DNA of 64,000 nucleotides from Eledone cirrhosa. Lineage: Eukaryota. Positions 14,400 through 24,269 of the stretch are shown piece by piece. Numbering within the stretch: position 1 is the first letter of the stretch; every line of letters starts with the position of its first letter. A model generated the notes under the pieces. It was not told the DNA's origin, did not search any database, and saw only the letters and a list, made by a program, of their open reading frames with translations. The translations under genes were made by a program, and so were the position numbers. The stretch covers positions 122,264,001-122,328,000 of the forward strand of contig OZ024741.1 in assembly GCA_964016885.1 (NCBI GenBank), read 5' to 3'.

Positions 14400-15908
14400 C
14401 GTATGTGTGTCGGCGCGGATGGCTCTTTCATCTGTTCGGGGCGTATAAAATGCCCTGAGTTAAGTATACACTAGAATGCAAAGAGCCGGTTTTTTTTTGT
14501 TATTTTTTTCTTCTAAAGTATGTATCCCTTGCCATTACAATATTCTTTGTGACAGCTACCTGTAATTTCCTTTACAAGCTCCTTTAATTCCAGTTATGTG
14601 TCATGTTTAAAATTGAACTATTAATCATTAATTAATGCCATGATATGAATTAGAAGACATTATAGTTATGATGGCCTGCTTGAGGAGGGAACTCCTTGAA
14701 GCAGATGTCTCTGGCTAGTTTTTGCGGTAACGTCTTTTCCACTTTGTCTGCGCGTTGCGGCTGAGGCGCTGCTGCGACTGGCATGTGGAGTCTTTCCCTC
14801 TACCTTTCTTTCGTTGCTTGATTCTTTTTCTTCTTCTTTTCATTTCATTTTTTTCTTTTGTTTGTTCTCTTTACTAGCGTTTTTGTTTTTGTATAAAGTT
14901 TTGTAAAATAAAACTGCAGAATGTGAAAAAAAAGCTGGTACCACATTCTTTATTATCTGACGCGTTATAGAATGTTTATTATTATTATTATTACTAGGTT
15001 CATCCACATCATCCGGAGTAATAGCTGCCATTGTTATAGTTCCTCTAGTACTTTTAGGGGCCTGTGTAGCAGCCTTTATTGTCTTGAAACGGTGAGTTTC
15101 GTTACATTTGTTTCGCATTAAAAATTGATTTCAACAATTACTAACATATCTAAAAAGTATGGACTTCCGTCGGTGTTGATGATGTGTGTTCCAATTGTAC
15201 AATCAATGTTACAACCTATTTGTGAAATTAACGTGCATGTGGCTGAATATTTAACAATCACGTACACTATTAACGTAATTCTCGGGCGGGTATTCAGCGT
15301 GACGCAGTATAAGACAAGGCTGGCTCCCTGTATTTACATGTACTGTCAATCCGAGGGGCTTCTGAACAGTTTCCCTTTGCCTGGGTCATGTCTCACCTAA
15401 TAGCACTACTGCGACAAAGTATTACATATCGCATTTCATATTTAAGTCATGCATTGGACATCATAGCTCATTCAAAAAGGGAATTTTAAGTTTTGTGTAT
15501 CTGGAATTTTAGTACATAATGGTTTCTGATTTAGGTACAAGGACAACAATTTTGGTTGAGGGGGAAAGTCGATTAAATCGGCTCTGCTAAGTCACTGGTA
15601 CCTTATTTTATCGACCCCGTAAGATTTGAACCCAGAATGTAGAGGGATGTAACTAGATAACGCAAAACATTTTGTCCGATCTCTACCTATACTGCCAATC
15701 CACTACACTCAAAGAATTTCAGTACATAAAACATTTTTATGTAACTATTTACAGGCGCCGTGCTAAGAATAACCCGCATCATCTTCTTGAGAATGAAGAC
15801 AATTATTCTGTGGACATCTCCTATCGGATTCTATGCCAAGACTCTTCCAAAGATTCAACTGATGCTGGTGTTGAAAACCCCATAGACGGTCTGTTAGCAT
15901 TGAAATAA
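2684..15908 (+). CDS. LDL-receptor/LRP-family single-pass receptor, 3' part (7 exons: 2684-2840, 3125-3240, 10251-10379, 11786-11857, 13986-14054, 14998-15091, 15755-15908)
   Basis: All introns are GT..AG with matching phases (2,1,1,1,1,2) and splice into one open frame: YWTD repeats, EGF, Ser/Thr stalk, TM helix, tail, TAA. The 5' exons lie outside the window. Confidence 0.85.
3125..3240 (+). CDS. LRP-like exon: end of beta-propeller
   Basis: aacag|T..TCAG|gtaggt. Translates SLMRLPKRGGQLENFWDGTSKFVRLNDIHAFNSTEMIS. Confidence 0.85.
3345..3670 (-). mobile_element. tRNA-derived SINE with CORE-like domain
   Basis: Recurrent motif ggagcaacgtgaaataaagtgtcttgctcaaggac, with reverse-complement A/B boxes (ctaaccactaagcca; aatcgaactc). 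Confidence 0.6.
4583..4772 (+). mobile_element. tRNA-derived SINE with Meta-like domain
   Basis: A-box-like tggattggcagtatcgg, B-box-like gagtccaaatcc, central tttgcctttcatccttacagggtcaataaaataaagtacc. Confidence 0.7.
5508..5545 (+). ncRNA. Degenerate hammerhead motif (family B) in a fold-back PLE remnant at about 5385-5580
   Basis: CGAG-CAGAAGA-ACC gctaa GGT-GAAA-TAATTT-TT-CTCG. Inverted arms at about 5435-5490 and 5521-5579. Confidence 0.6.
5747..5785 (-). ncRNA. Minimal type I hammerhead ribozyme
   Basis: Minus strand: TGGAC-CTGAAGA-tTGC gaaa GCAt-GAAA-GTAC-TT-GTTCA. Palindromic stem III (AAGTACTT). Confidence 0.7.
6108..6380 (-). mobile_element. tRNA-derived SINE with CORE-like domain
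   Basis: Contains ctggagcaacgtgaaataaagtg plus the shared body gtgaaattaacgagcaagtggctgagcatt. Confidence 0.55.
7719..7759 (-). ncRNA. Degenerate hammerhead motif (family B, copy 2)
   Basis: Minus strand: CCGAG-CTCAAGA-tCC gcataa GGt-GAAA-CAATTG-TT-CTCGG. Flank 7626-7770 is homologous to 5385-5510. Confidence 0.6.
8130..8296 (+). mobile_element. Non-autonomous Helitron-like element, 3' end
   Basis: Hairpin TGACCC aac GGGTCA followed 8 nt later by CTAG|T, the usual Helitron 3' signature. The 5' boundary is uncertain. Confidence 0.45.
8310..8590 (+). mobile_element. Decayed HERO/R2-group LINE C-terminal restriction-like endonuclease fragment
   Basis: LEQMVAWEG.. and CIPVEVGRRRFAACSLRKEYGTLGIT..EAAETVSDYDWKEE resemble the ELTVPWEE..PVEVGCRGF..LGI..EAAE.ASRWLW pattern. 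Confidence 0.65.
10251..10379 (+). CDS. LRP-like exon: EGF-like module
   Basis: tttcag|AAGTC..GATG|gttagt. Translates VSPCSSESCSHFCLPSPRSQSICACPDHLILSKDSRHCVVND (6 Cys, post-propeller EGF pattern). Confidence 0.9.
10420..10648 (+). mobile_element. Full-length tRNA-derived SINE with Meta-like domain
   Basis: gggcggtggattagcag.. head, gagttcaaattcc B box, catctctacggggtcgataaaataaagtacc, gaaaccattatt tail. Confidence 0.7.
10657..10938 (+). repeat. Three tandem 94-bp copies of a SINE tRNA-like head
   Basis: The unit tcaagcacggtggattgccagaattgg..gagttcaaatctcgc starts at 10657, 10751 and 10845. The third copy continues into the SINE body. Confidence 0.9.
11786..11857 (+). CDS. LRP-like exon: juxtamembrane stalk
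   Basis: tttcag|ACCAG..ACAG|gtacca, phase 1-1. Translates DQNSSVPGWHRQRDSTIRQDSTRT. Confidence 0.6.
13986..14054 (+). CDS. LRP-like exon: juxtamembrane stalk
   Basis: ttgcag|ATAAA..AAAG|gtaaga, phase 1-1. Translates DKTKLLNNRTLPISSFPHKQASK. Confidence 0.65.
14998..15091 (+). CDS. LRP-like exon: transmembrane helix
   Basis: actag|GTTCA..AAACG|gtgagt. Translates GSSTSSGVIAAIVIVPLVLLGACVAAFIVLKR. Confidence 0.9.
15755..15908 (+). CDS. LRP-like terminal exon: cytoplasmic tail
   Basis: ttacag|GCGCCGT..TAA. Translates RRAKNNPHHLLENEDNYSVDISYRILCQDSSKDSTDAGVENPIDGLLALK*. Confidence 0.85.
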
Positions 15909-16191
15909 AATCAAAATAATTTCACTTCATTGCGTGTAAGTTCTTCAGTTATTTAATGTGTCATATGTATATAAGTAAAGAATTTCCATCAGATATATGG
16001 TTTATTTATTTATTTATATATTTATATTTCTTCTGATGCCAGATAAAGAGTAACTAACAATGCAACAATAGATTTCTTTGATAGTATTCCGAATAAATCT
16101 CCCACCAGAGAAGACACTAAGCATCACATATTTGATGTGTATATGTGTGTGTGTGTGTGTGTGTATGTGTGTATATATGTGTGTGTATAAC

Positions 16192-16525
16192 AAGTCGGGT
16201 GCCTCAGGGCACAATCTTGGGACCACTACTGTTTTTGGTAGCTCTCTCAGACATGACCTCTGTAGTACATACAACATCCCTCACTAGCTATGCTGGGGAC
16301 ACAAAGGTAGCACAGGCAATCAAATACCCGGCTGATGCTGCCATTTTACAAGTTCTGGATGCCATATACAAATGGCCTGAGGACAATAATATGCAGTTTA
16401 ATGCTGGAAAATTTCAAGCCCTACAATACCAACCTTCAAAGACAATACAAGACAGCTACACCGGACCAGGAGTGATCGAAATCCCCGTGTCGAGATCGAT
16501 ACGAGACCTGGGGATAGACATCAGT
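16192..16525 (+). mobile_element. CR1-group LINE reverse transcriptase fragment
   Basis: SRVPQGTILGPLLFLV..SYAGDTKV (YADD decayed)..WPEDNNMQFNAGKFQAL..IRDLGI. Confidence 0.85.
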
Positions 16526-16529
16526 TCAA

Positions 16530-17085
16530 TCCCGCTTCCACAACCACATGCGCTCCTTTAGACGCAGAAGCAAAAGGTCCAAGACTAGTCTTGCCGAGTG
16601 CAGAGACTCAAGGACGGAACTTCCAATTGAGATGGAAAATTCAACCGGAACTTCCAATTGAGATGGAAAATTCACACGTGCACACACTCTCACAAACGTT
16701 TCTAAAGGAACGGTTGTAGTTGTGGAAGTGGGATTTGAACTCGGTACTTGTGGAACCCACATACACAAATTCCTCTTTCGGTGGAGACCGCACAGCTGTA
16801 GACCACTCCCGAGACTCTACAGCGGCTGTTGAGGGGGGGGGGGGGCAGTCACGAGGGGATAAGTGTAAAAAGTTACGGGAGTACCTCCATAATGACCGTA
16901 GTGGGAGGGTTGTCGATCGGTCGGAACTCCCCAGGGGAGGTATGGTGATCGTTCCACCCGTCGTAAATGATCGGAACCTCCAGTGCAATGTCCCCTCTTT
17001 CGCTTCGAACGCCGCACCCTACGGCGCCCCTGGTACATCTCTGACGAACTGCAACTGTAGATCTTCCCATGACTGCCCCCTCAAT
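16530..17085. mobile_element. Hydra-type Penelope-like GIY-YIG fragment, internally inverted
   Basis: The plus strand ends ..NCNCRSSHDCPLN. The minus strand from about 16853 reads DCPLNSRCRVSGVVYSCAVSTE/EFVYVGSTSTEFKSHFHNYNRSFRN. Confidence 0.7.
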
Positions 17086-17893
17086 TTCTACGTGTGACAG
17101 AGTGTGTGTGCGTAGGTTTTTTTATGCACGTGTCTATGTATATGTGTGATCGTGTATACGTGGATGTATTTATTTATTTTGTTTTTGTTTATAACGGTTT
17201 TTTTCTTGTCATGCTCGGATGCTTGTAATATCCGTTGAATTCTAGGCTCGGAGGTTTGTTAAGGGTACACGTATGTGTGGAATGCTCAGCCACTTACACG
17301 GTAAGTTCATGAACAGTCTTGTTCTTGAACACACGCAACTGACAGAGGTTGCGCGAGTGCCATCGTTCGTTGACGACGTATATATGTTTACACCCGTACA
17401 TACATGCGGACATGTGTGTGGGAAGGGTGGTAGAAGAGGTGAAAGAAGGGAGCCAACATGATGTTTTCAGAAGTCAGTTAAAATGTAACAGCTAAACAAT
17501 AACAAATACATTGTAAAGTATGTATAGTGTCAGTTTAGGTAAACGACGTGAATGTCTCTCTCATTGTTAACTGTCATCACAGGTAGGTAGGTAAGCAGTA
17601 TAGCAGGCAGAGAACTTTTTCAAAATATATTAGAGACACGATACATTCTTAACAGATATTGTGAAGAGGAGAGTTGCCTAGTTTGATCGTATAAAGAAGG
17701 GACTAATAGTTTCTTTTTGTAATGGCCCACTTTAAAGGTGACCCTTTGAATTACAGGTATTACTCATTTTTTGCCATCTAGATGGACTGGATCAACGTAA
17801 AATAAAGTAACTTGGTAAAGGCCCCAGAGCGTCCCAATGTCTGGAAAACAAATTCATCTTACAATCGTGATCCGAACATCCTACCCATTTAGC

Positions 17894-17926
<33 letters not shown>

Positions 17927-17927
17927 T

Positions 17928-19447
17928 AACAACACCACCAACGACAACAACAACACAAACAAACAAAATTTCTCCTTCGCCGAGACGACAAGGAAAACCC
18001 TCGACTATCTGCCAGTAGATATAACAAAAGCGAAGGAGCTACTGGCGGATGCGAAAAAATATATAGTGTACGGGGAAAATGGTTCATTCACAATCCATTC
18101 CCCCCCCCCCCCCCCCGGAACTAAAAAGCCAGAGACTCCTAAACACGGTCATGTTTAGGACAATCTCGAACAAAAGTAAAAAACCAGCTCAACCATCACA
18201 GAGCGAGATAGAGCTGGTTTTAAAAGACGTCATGAAGGACATCACCTTCATTCAGAAGGATAGACTCTACGGGAGTCTATCCATTCTCATGAAGGACAGG
18301 GACACAGCAGTGAAACTGTCCATCAAACCAATCACATCCACCGCATACACCTTCTACCCTACGTACATGGGTAGAAGAACACAAAAAATAAAAATCCACA
18401 CCATCCTGCCGATTATGGACATATGGTGGGTTTTGACAGGTTTTCTGGACCTGGAGGATGACATGCTGGTGTCCATGGGAAAGGCATCGGGTGACGCGTT
18501 CAGTGGAACGAGCCTCGAACTTGTAGTTCAAATGAGGCCCGAAAGGATCGCCCAGATCCCTGAACGCGTCATACTGGATGATCTAACCTTCATCAACATT
18601 ACCGTTGAGGGGTAGACGGCCCTCGTGTTACCTCTGCGGAACCAGAGGTCACCTGAGGGCTGTCTGTCCCCAACTTAATAAGAAAACCCCAATCCTGCCT
18701 ACACCACCAACAACTGCACAACCAACACAATCACCACAACTACCACTACAAAAACAACCACCACAGCTCAAACCAAAACAAAACAATGTCCAACCCATCC
18801 CCTCCACTCAAAAAACAAAAACAATTTCCAAAACACCCGTACCGCAAACACAACCCGAAAATATACCCCTCCCCTCCAACGCGGAAGATGACCCTAGTTC
18901 GTCGTCAGACGAGGAGGAGCACTTCCACACAATCAAAAGAAAAAAAAGAAAACACACCTCAGACACACAAATGAAAAAAACCCCTCCCCAAAACATAACA
19001 CTGACACCAACACAAAAGAGCTCACAACAACAGCAAACAAAAAACACCACACAAAAACAAAAACATGCATACACATACATAAATACAAGAAACAAAAAAC
19101 TGTTAAACATTGTGTACAACAACAATCTAATAAAAACACAAGGGCCTAACTTCACCCAGGCAGGGGATTTCCCCCACCTCAAAATGATTAAGGCCCCACA
19201 GGACACCTATAAAACTTTAAAAAACAATTTTAAAGAGGACGTGGGTCCCCCCTGCGTCGGGCCCATTAACCGCGTCCTCCTAAAAAACTATCCCACCCCC
19301 TCCCCAAACACCCACACAACTCCAAGCTCCCCAACCACACAACACACTGATGCCCCCACACTTCCACAAACCACCACCCCAACCAACAACCCATCCCCCA
19401 CCCTAATGGAAATTGTGCAGCCCGATACCCGGGACGCAGAGAGGTAA
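17928..19447 (+). CDS. Tx1 LINE ORF1 (gag-like, zinc knuckle), frameshifted at two homopolymers
   Basis: VEG/RRPSCYLCGTRGHLRAVCP. Breaks fall at the poly-C near 18100-18116 and the G-run near 18609-18612. Pro/Thr/Gln-rich tail. Confidence 0.75.
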
Positions 19448-22400
19448 GTGCCTTTTCTCTTCACCACCAACATGGCTATGCTAAGAGTAGGCTGTTTAAA
19501 TGCGCGTGGCCTGGGCTCAACTTGGAAGCAAGCAATGCTTCTAAATGACCTCAGGTCACAACGTATAGATGTGATGGTTATTTGCGAGGCCCGGATCAGC
19601 AACGTGCGACAGCTGGCCCCCACCTTTGATGACTTTGAGATGCACGCATCTCTCTGTCAGCCCGGAGGTGGGGGTGGAGTTGTCGTTCTGCTGCAAAAAC
19701 ATCTGGGTCTCGCAACACATATGGTACATTTGGACCCGGAGGGTCGACTAGTGGTTCTGGACCTTGGCAGTGGTAAAGGCGGAGCGTTTAGGTTGGTAGC
19801 CGCCTACGGCCCTTTCGGGTCAATGCGGCCGGACTTCTTCCATCGTCTGGAGACTTTTCTAGGGACGTCCCGCTCCTTGCTATTAGTGGGGGACTGGAAT
19901 GGTATCCTAGATGCACGCTGGGACTACGTAGGGGCCTGCCCCGATAGAGAGGGGTGTAATAGCCTCAAAGGGTTAATCGGTCGATTTGACCTGGCCGATA
20001 GATATCGACTAGATTTTCCGACTGCGCCAACCTGGACTTGGGCAAATCGTAGCGGATCATCTAGGTCGTACCTAGATAGGTTCTTAGTTAGAATTAAGGA
20101 TAAGGACTTTTTAAGTTGTCCAAAAATGCGCATGGTTGGCTATTCAGACCACAAATTAGTGACCTGCATGGTCAACCTTGACAGAACTCATAGACAGGGC
20201 CCCGGTTACTGGAAGCTCAACTTGTCCTTGCCGGCAAGTAGAGCCTACAGGAATCGGATTAGTACGTTAGTTAAGGAACGGTTGACTGGAGCGATCGTCA
20301 ACAGCAGGTGGTGGGTATCTCTAAAGAGAGAGATTAGAGTAGTCTCGATAGAATTTAGTAAGGTTCTAGCTGCGGATAGGAATAGGAAGGAAAGGGAGCT
20401 AATAGATAGAGTAGAAGAGGCAATTAGAAGCGGCGACGTGGCCAGAGTGCTAGCGTCGAGAACGGCTTTGAGCCAGTTTTTCGACGCGAAGCACGAAGGC
20501 TGCGTTGTCCGAAGTAAAATACGTGCTCTAGGGAACGAGGGGACCAAAGCTGTTAGCTGGGCCCGCGTGACAGAGGCCAACAGTGGAACTAAATCCACCA
20601 TCCGGTCTTTGCGAGACCTGGATGGACGGGCGATTCTTGAGCCTAAGCAGATGTGTGAGGCCTTTCAAAGGCACTTTGCCCGACTGTTCGGGAGGGGCGG
20701 GGAGCCGGTTGGGAACGTGGACTTCGGTCCATACCTCGACGGCCTGCCGCGCCTCTCGGACAGGGAGGCGAAGTCCTGCGAGGAGCCGATTTCGGCCGCT
20801 GAGATAGAGGACGTGCTGAACCAATGCGGCAAACGCAAATCCCCGGGTCTCGATGGTCTTCCTTACGAATTATATCTAGCTATACCGGACTTGTTCCCCG
20901 ATCTCCTCGAGGCGGTCTACTGCAACTGGCAACAGAACGGGAGAATTCCCTGTACTGTGACCAAGGGCGTAGTCACGCTAGTGAGGAAGGACGAGAACAA
21001 GGGGGACGAAATAAGTAACTTCAGGCCCATAACTCTGCTAAATACAGAGTTACAGATTTTGGCCAAGGTGCTAGCAAAGAGGTTGGCGCTTGTCGTGGGC
21101 AACCTGGTGGGAGATGCGCAGACATGCGCTATACCGTCCAGGTCCATCCATGACAACCTCCACCTCATGCGATACATCATAGAGAGGGTTGGGAACGAAC
21201 CCGGCTTTGGTGGGGCTCTGATCAACTTGGATCAATCTAAGGCGTTCGATAGGGTCGACCATGGTTACCTGGATGCGGTGCTAGCGGCGGCAGGCTTCGG
21301 ACCCGTTTTCAGGGGCTGGATCACTGCTATGCACAGCAGCCGCATCTGCTCTAGGGTCAAGGTGAACGGCTACCTCTCGGAGCCGTTCAAAATCGCGCGG
21401 TCCATCCGACAAGGGTGCCCTCTCTCCTCCCTTCTGTATGTGTTGACTCTCGAGCCACTACTGCGGAAGTTGGAGTTGTTGCAGGGCATCCCTTTGGAAC
21501 CGGGATTGCGGAAAGCGGTGTCGGCCTACGCCGATGACGTGACAGTAATGGTGTCGACGGCCTCCGAAATCGAGGCGGTCGGCACCTTACTGGAGGAGTA
21601 CGAAAAGTTCGCAGGGGCTAAGCTGAACCGGGACAAGTCGATCGGTTTGCAACTCGGCACGTGGAGGGGCAGACCGATGCCCTCCGATGGCGTCGTCGGA
21701 CGCTGGACTGAGGGCCCGGTGAAGTTGCTCGGGGTCTGGTTCGGACCGGACCTCCAGGTGGAGAAAAACTGGGCGGAGGTTACGAACAGGGTGTTTGCAC
21801 TGACCCAGAAGTGGGCCAGTTGCAAACTATCCCTGAAAGGTCGGGCGGAGGTGGCGAACACCTACATAGCGTCCGTCATCTACTACCGCCTGACCGTAGT
21901 GCCCTGCCCAAGGGAAACCCTCACCAAGATGGAGCGCGCGCTCTTCCAATTCCTTTGGAAGAGGCGGGCTCCTATGGTGAGGAGATCCATCTGCTGTCAA
22001 CACCCTTCGAAAGGAGGGCTGGGGATGCCGTGGCTAATGATGCGTAAACACGCATTAAGGCTACGGCACCTCTACGTATTCCTCACCGGACAACCGGTGT
22101 GGGCCTCGTTTGTGAGACGAACCTTTCCCAGACTCGTCTCACTCACCGAGCTGCAATCCTGTGTCAAGCAAAGACCGAGAAAACTGGGCGCCTGGCACAC
22201 TGAGTGTGCCCAGGCGCTCACCGCCCTCTGGCAGGCGGATCCGGTTATCAGTGGAGACTCCACTGCAACATTCTATAGAGGGCTGGTACGCAGCAGGTGC
22301 GACGACGCCCTCGGAGAAGCCCTAGACATGGAGGAGGACGAACTGGCCAGCCTGTTCGGTAGGACATTCAGCCCGGGACCTATGGACAACTTCCAGAAGT

Positions 22401-22909
22401 CCCTGGCCTGGCAGTGCTACCGAGGGGCTTTACCCGTTCGAGAAAGGCTCTACAGACACGAGCGCCCGGGTAGGGACCCCGCCAAAAAGATCTGTCCCAG
22501 ATGCGTGTGCGACGAGGAAACCGTTGCACACGCATTGGTACACTGCTCGGGCGTAGCCGATCTGTGGGGCTATGTCGAACAACTGCTGTCAAGGGTGGGA
22601 CCGATCCGGTTGACCACCGAGTCTATTGTAATGATCAAGCCACCTCCCCCCTTCAAAGATGAAGCAGAGGCGGTGTTTCTGTGCGTAATAGCCATGGCGA
22701 AAGAGGTTGTATGGTGGACGCGTCTGAAAGGACTGAGGTCAGGCACCTTTCTCTCTGGCCAACAACTGGTCCGTTTCTTCCGATATCATTTCGGAAGAAG
22801 GATCAGGATGGAGAGAGAGGTGCTGCACCCCAGCCGTTTCTATGAAAGATGGGTGAAAGTGGCGAGAATGGCCCGTGTGAATGGGCCTTCACTCTACATC
22901 AGACTATAG
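19448..22909 (+). CDS. Tx1 LINE ORF2: AP endonuclease, reverse transcriptase and C-terminal zinc-binding domain (first ATG at 19472)
   Basis: LNARGL, GDWN, YLDRF, SDH; KSPGLDG, FRPITLLN, LDQSKAFDRV, QGCPLS, YADD; CPRC..ETVAHALVHC. Uninterrupted 1153 codons. Confidence 0.95.
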   Translation: MPFLFTTNMAMLRVGCLNARGLGSTWKQAMLLNDLRSQRIDVMVICEARISNVRQLAPTFDDFEMHASLCQPGGGGGVVVLLQKHLGLATHMVHLDPEGRLVVLDLGSGKGGAFRLVAAYGPFGSMRPDFFHRLETFLGTSRSLLLVGDWNGILDARWDYVGACPDREGCNSLKGLIGRFDLADRYRLDFPTAPTWTWANRSGSSRSYLDRFLVRIKDKDFLSCPKMRMVGYSDHKLVTCMVNLDRTHRQGPGYWKLNLSLPASRAYRNRISTLVKERLTGAIVNSRWWVSLKREIRVVSIEFSKVLAADRNRKERELIDRVEEAIRSGDVARVLASRTALSQFFDAKHEGCVVRSKIRALGNEGTKAVSWARVTEANSGTKSTIRSLRDLDGRAILEPKQMCEAFQRHFARLFGRGGEPVGNVDFGPYLDGLPRLSDREAKSCEEPISAAEIEDVLNQCGKRKSPGLDGLPYELYLAIPDLFPDLLEAVYCNWQQNGRIPCTVTKGVVTLVRKDENKGDEISNFRPITLLNTELQILAKVLAKRLALVVGNLVGDAQTCAIPSRSIHDNLHLMRYIIERVGNEPGFGGALINLDQSKAFDRVDHGYLDAVLAAAGFGPVFRGWITAMHSSRICSRVKVNGYLSEPFKIARSIRQGCPLSSLLYVLTLEPLLRKLELLQGIPLEPGLRKAVSAYADDVTVMVSTASEIEAVGTLLEEYEKFAGAKLNRDKSIGLQLGTWRGRPMPSDGVVGRWTEGPVKLLGVWFGPDLQVEKNWAEVTNRVFALTQKWASCKLSLKGRAEVANTYIASVIYYRLTVVPCPRETLTKMERALFQFLWKRRAPMVRRSICCQHPSKGGLGMPWLMMRKHALRLRHLYVFLTGQPVWASFVRRTFPRLVSLTELQSCVKQRPRKLGAWHTECAQALTALWQADPVISGDSTATFYRGLVRSRCDDALGEALDMEEDELASLFGRTFSPGPMDNFQKSLAWQCYRGALPVRERLYRHERPGRDPAKKICPRCVCDEETVAHALVHCSGVADLWGYVEQLLSRVGPIRLTTESIVMIKPPPPFKDEAEAVFLCVIAMAKEVVWWTRLKGLRSGTFLSGQQLVRFFRYHFGRRIRMEREVLHPSRFYERWVKVARMARVNGPSLYIRL

Positions 22910-23173
22910 GTGAGGAAGATGAAAGACCAAGGGAGCACCCCTTCTCTGTGCTCCTGAGGAGAAGGATTGCACACTTTTTTCGGGGGTGTGTGCGACCCCC
23001 CAAGGCGCCTCCTCTCTATTGAGGATTTTGTTATAAATTTTATTTTTTGTTATATCTTATTTTATTTTTATATTTTGTTATTGCCTCCTCCTTATTGAGG
23101 ACGCCTTTTTGTGTAAACTCCCCCCTTTGTACTTGTCCCACTTTTGATGCCCTAGTGGCAAATAAAAGAAACA

Positions 23174-23204
<31 letters not shown>

Positions 23205-23211
23205 TTATCTA

Positions 23212-23266
<55 letters not shown>

Positions 23267-23441
23267 TTATGGCCAAGTGTGAGTATTTGTTACTCTGGAG
23301 ATTTTCCTGTGTACTCACAAGGTAATCAGTAAGTAATAAAACTCAAACTTGGCCTTGATAAAAGAATATCAATTTCTAATAAGGTTTTGAGTACTCATTC
23401 TCGTAACTGGACACACACACACACATATATGTATATATATA

Positions 23442-23541
23442 CAGGGTGCTCCCAAAAATGTATATACACTTCAACAGCATTGTAATAAATATTCCCTGTA
23501 CAGGTAATCAAAATGTGTATACATTTTTGGGGGACACCCTG
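23442..23541. mobile_element. 100-bp Tc1/mariner-type MITE
   Basis: TA|CAGGGTGCTCCCAAAAATGTATA...TATACATTTTTGGGGGACACCCTG|TA: TIRs with a TA target duplication. Confidence 0.8.
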
Positions 23542-24269
23542 TAAGACACTCTTCCTGCTATTTCAAGCGTTAACCTAATATATACCTTCCATATACTGTG
23601 CCGATTGTGTTATTTCTGTTTATATATATATATATATATATAATGTGTGTGTGTATGTATGCTGGATAGTTCTCTACATCGTCTATGCATAAGGAATACA
23701 AATTACTGTTAAAATATAAACGCTTCAATATATTTCTCGTCCCCTAACCCTTAAATAACCCCACATAGCAACACCCCTACTTTCTCAGTAACTTTCTAAA
23801 CAACTATTTGTCTCTGTCTGTCTGTCTGATGGCCTGTATTGTTTTCTCCTCTATTTCTTTCTCTACATTTACATTCCCATTTGTGTAACAAAACAATACA
23901 ACTGTCTAATTCTCTCTCTCCCTGTCCCACCACACACACACATACACACATACACCTATACATACATACATACATACATACATCACTCTCCCTCTGAGCT
24001 CCCTCTTATTATTTCTCTCTCCCCTATCTCGCAATACAAATATATTACTCCCTCTCTAAGCTCCCCTCTTACTATTTGCCTCTACCCCTCTCATTACCTC
24101 TTCTGTTACTATTTCTATCTTTTAATTGTTACGAGCCTGGTTGACCCACCTCCTACTCTTCCTACTCCTACTCCTCTCACGACAACAACTACAGCCAAAT
24201 AAATGCTCACCTCAGTATATAATCGTAACAATGGATGTACCAACATTTATCCCATGCCTGCATGGGATA

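Larger units (their letters stand above)
17927..23173 (+). mobile_element. Tx1-clade (L1 group) LINE, near full length, inserted in (TATC)n
   Basis: ORF1 with CCHC knuckle, ORF2 APE-RT-zinc finger, AATAAA at 23161. (TCTA)n lies immediately on both sides. Confidence 0.92.
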
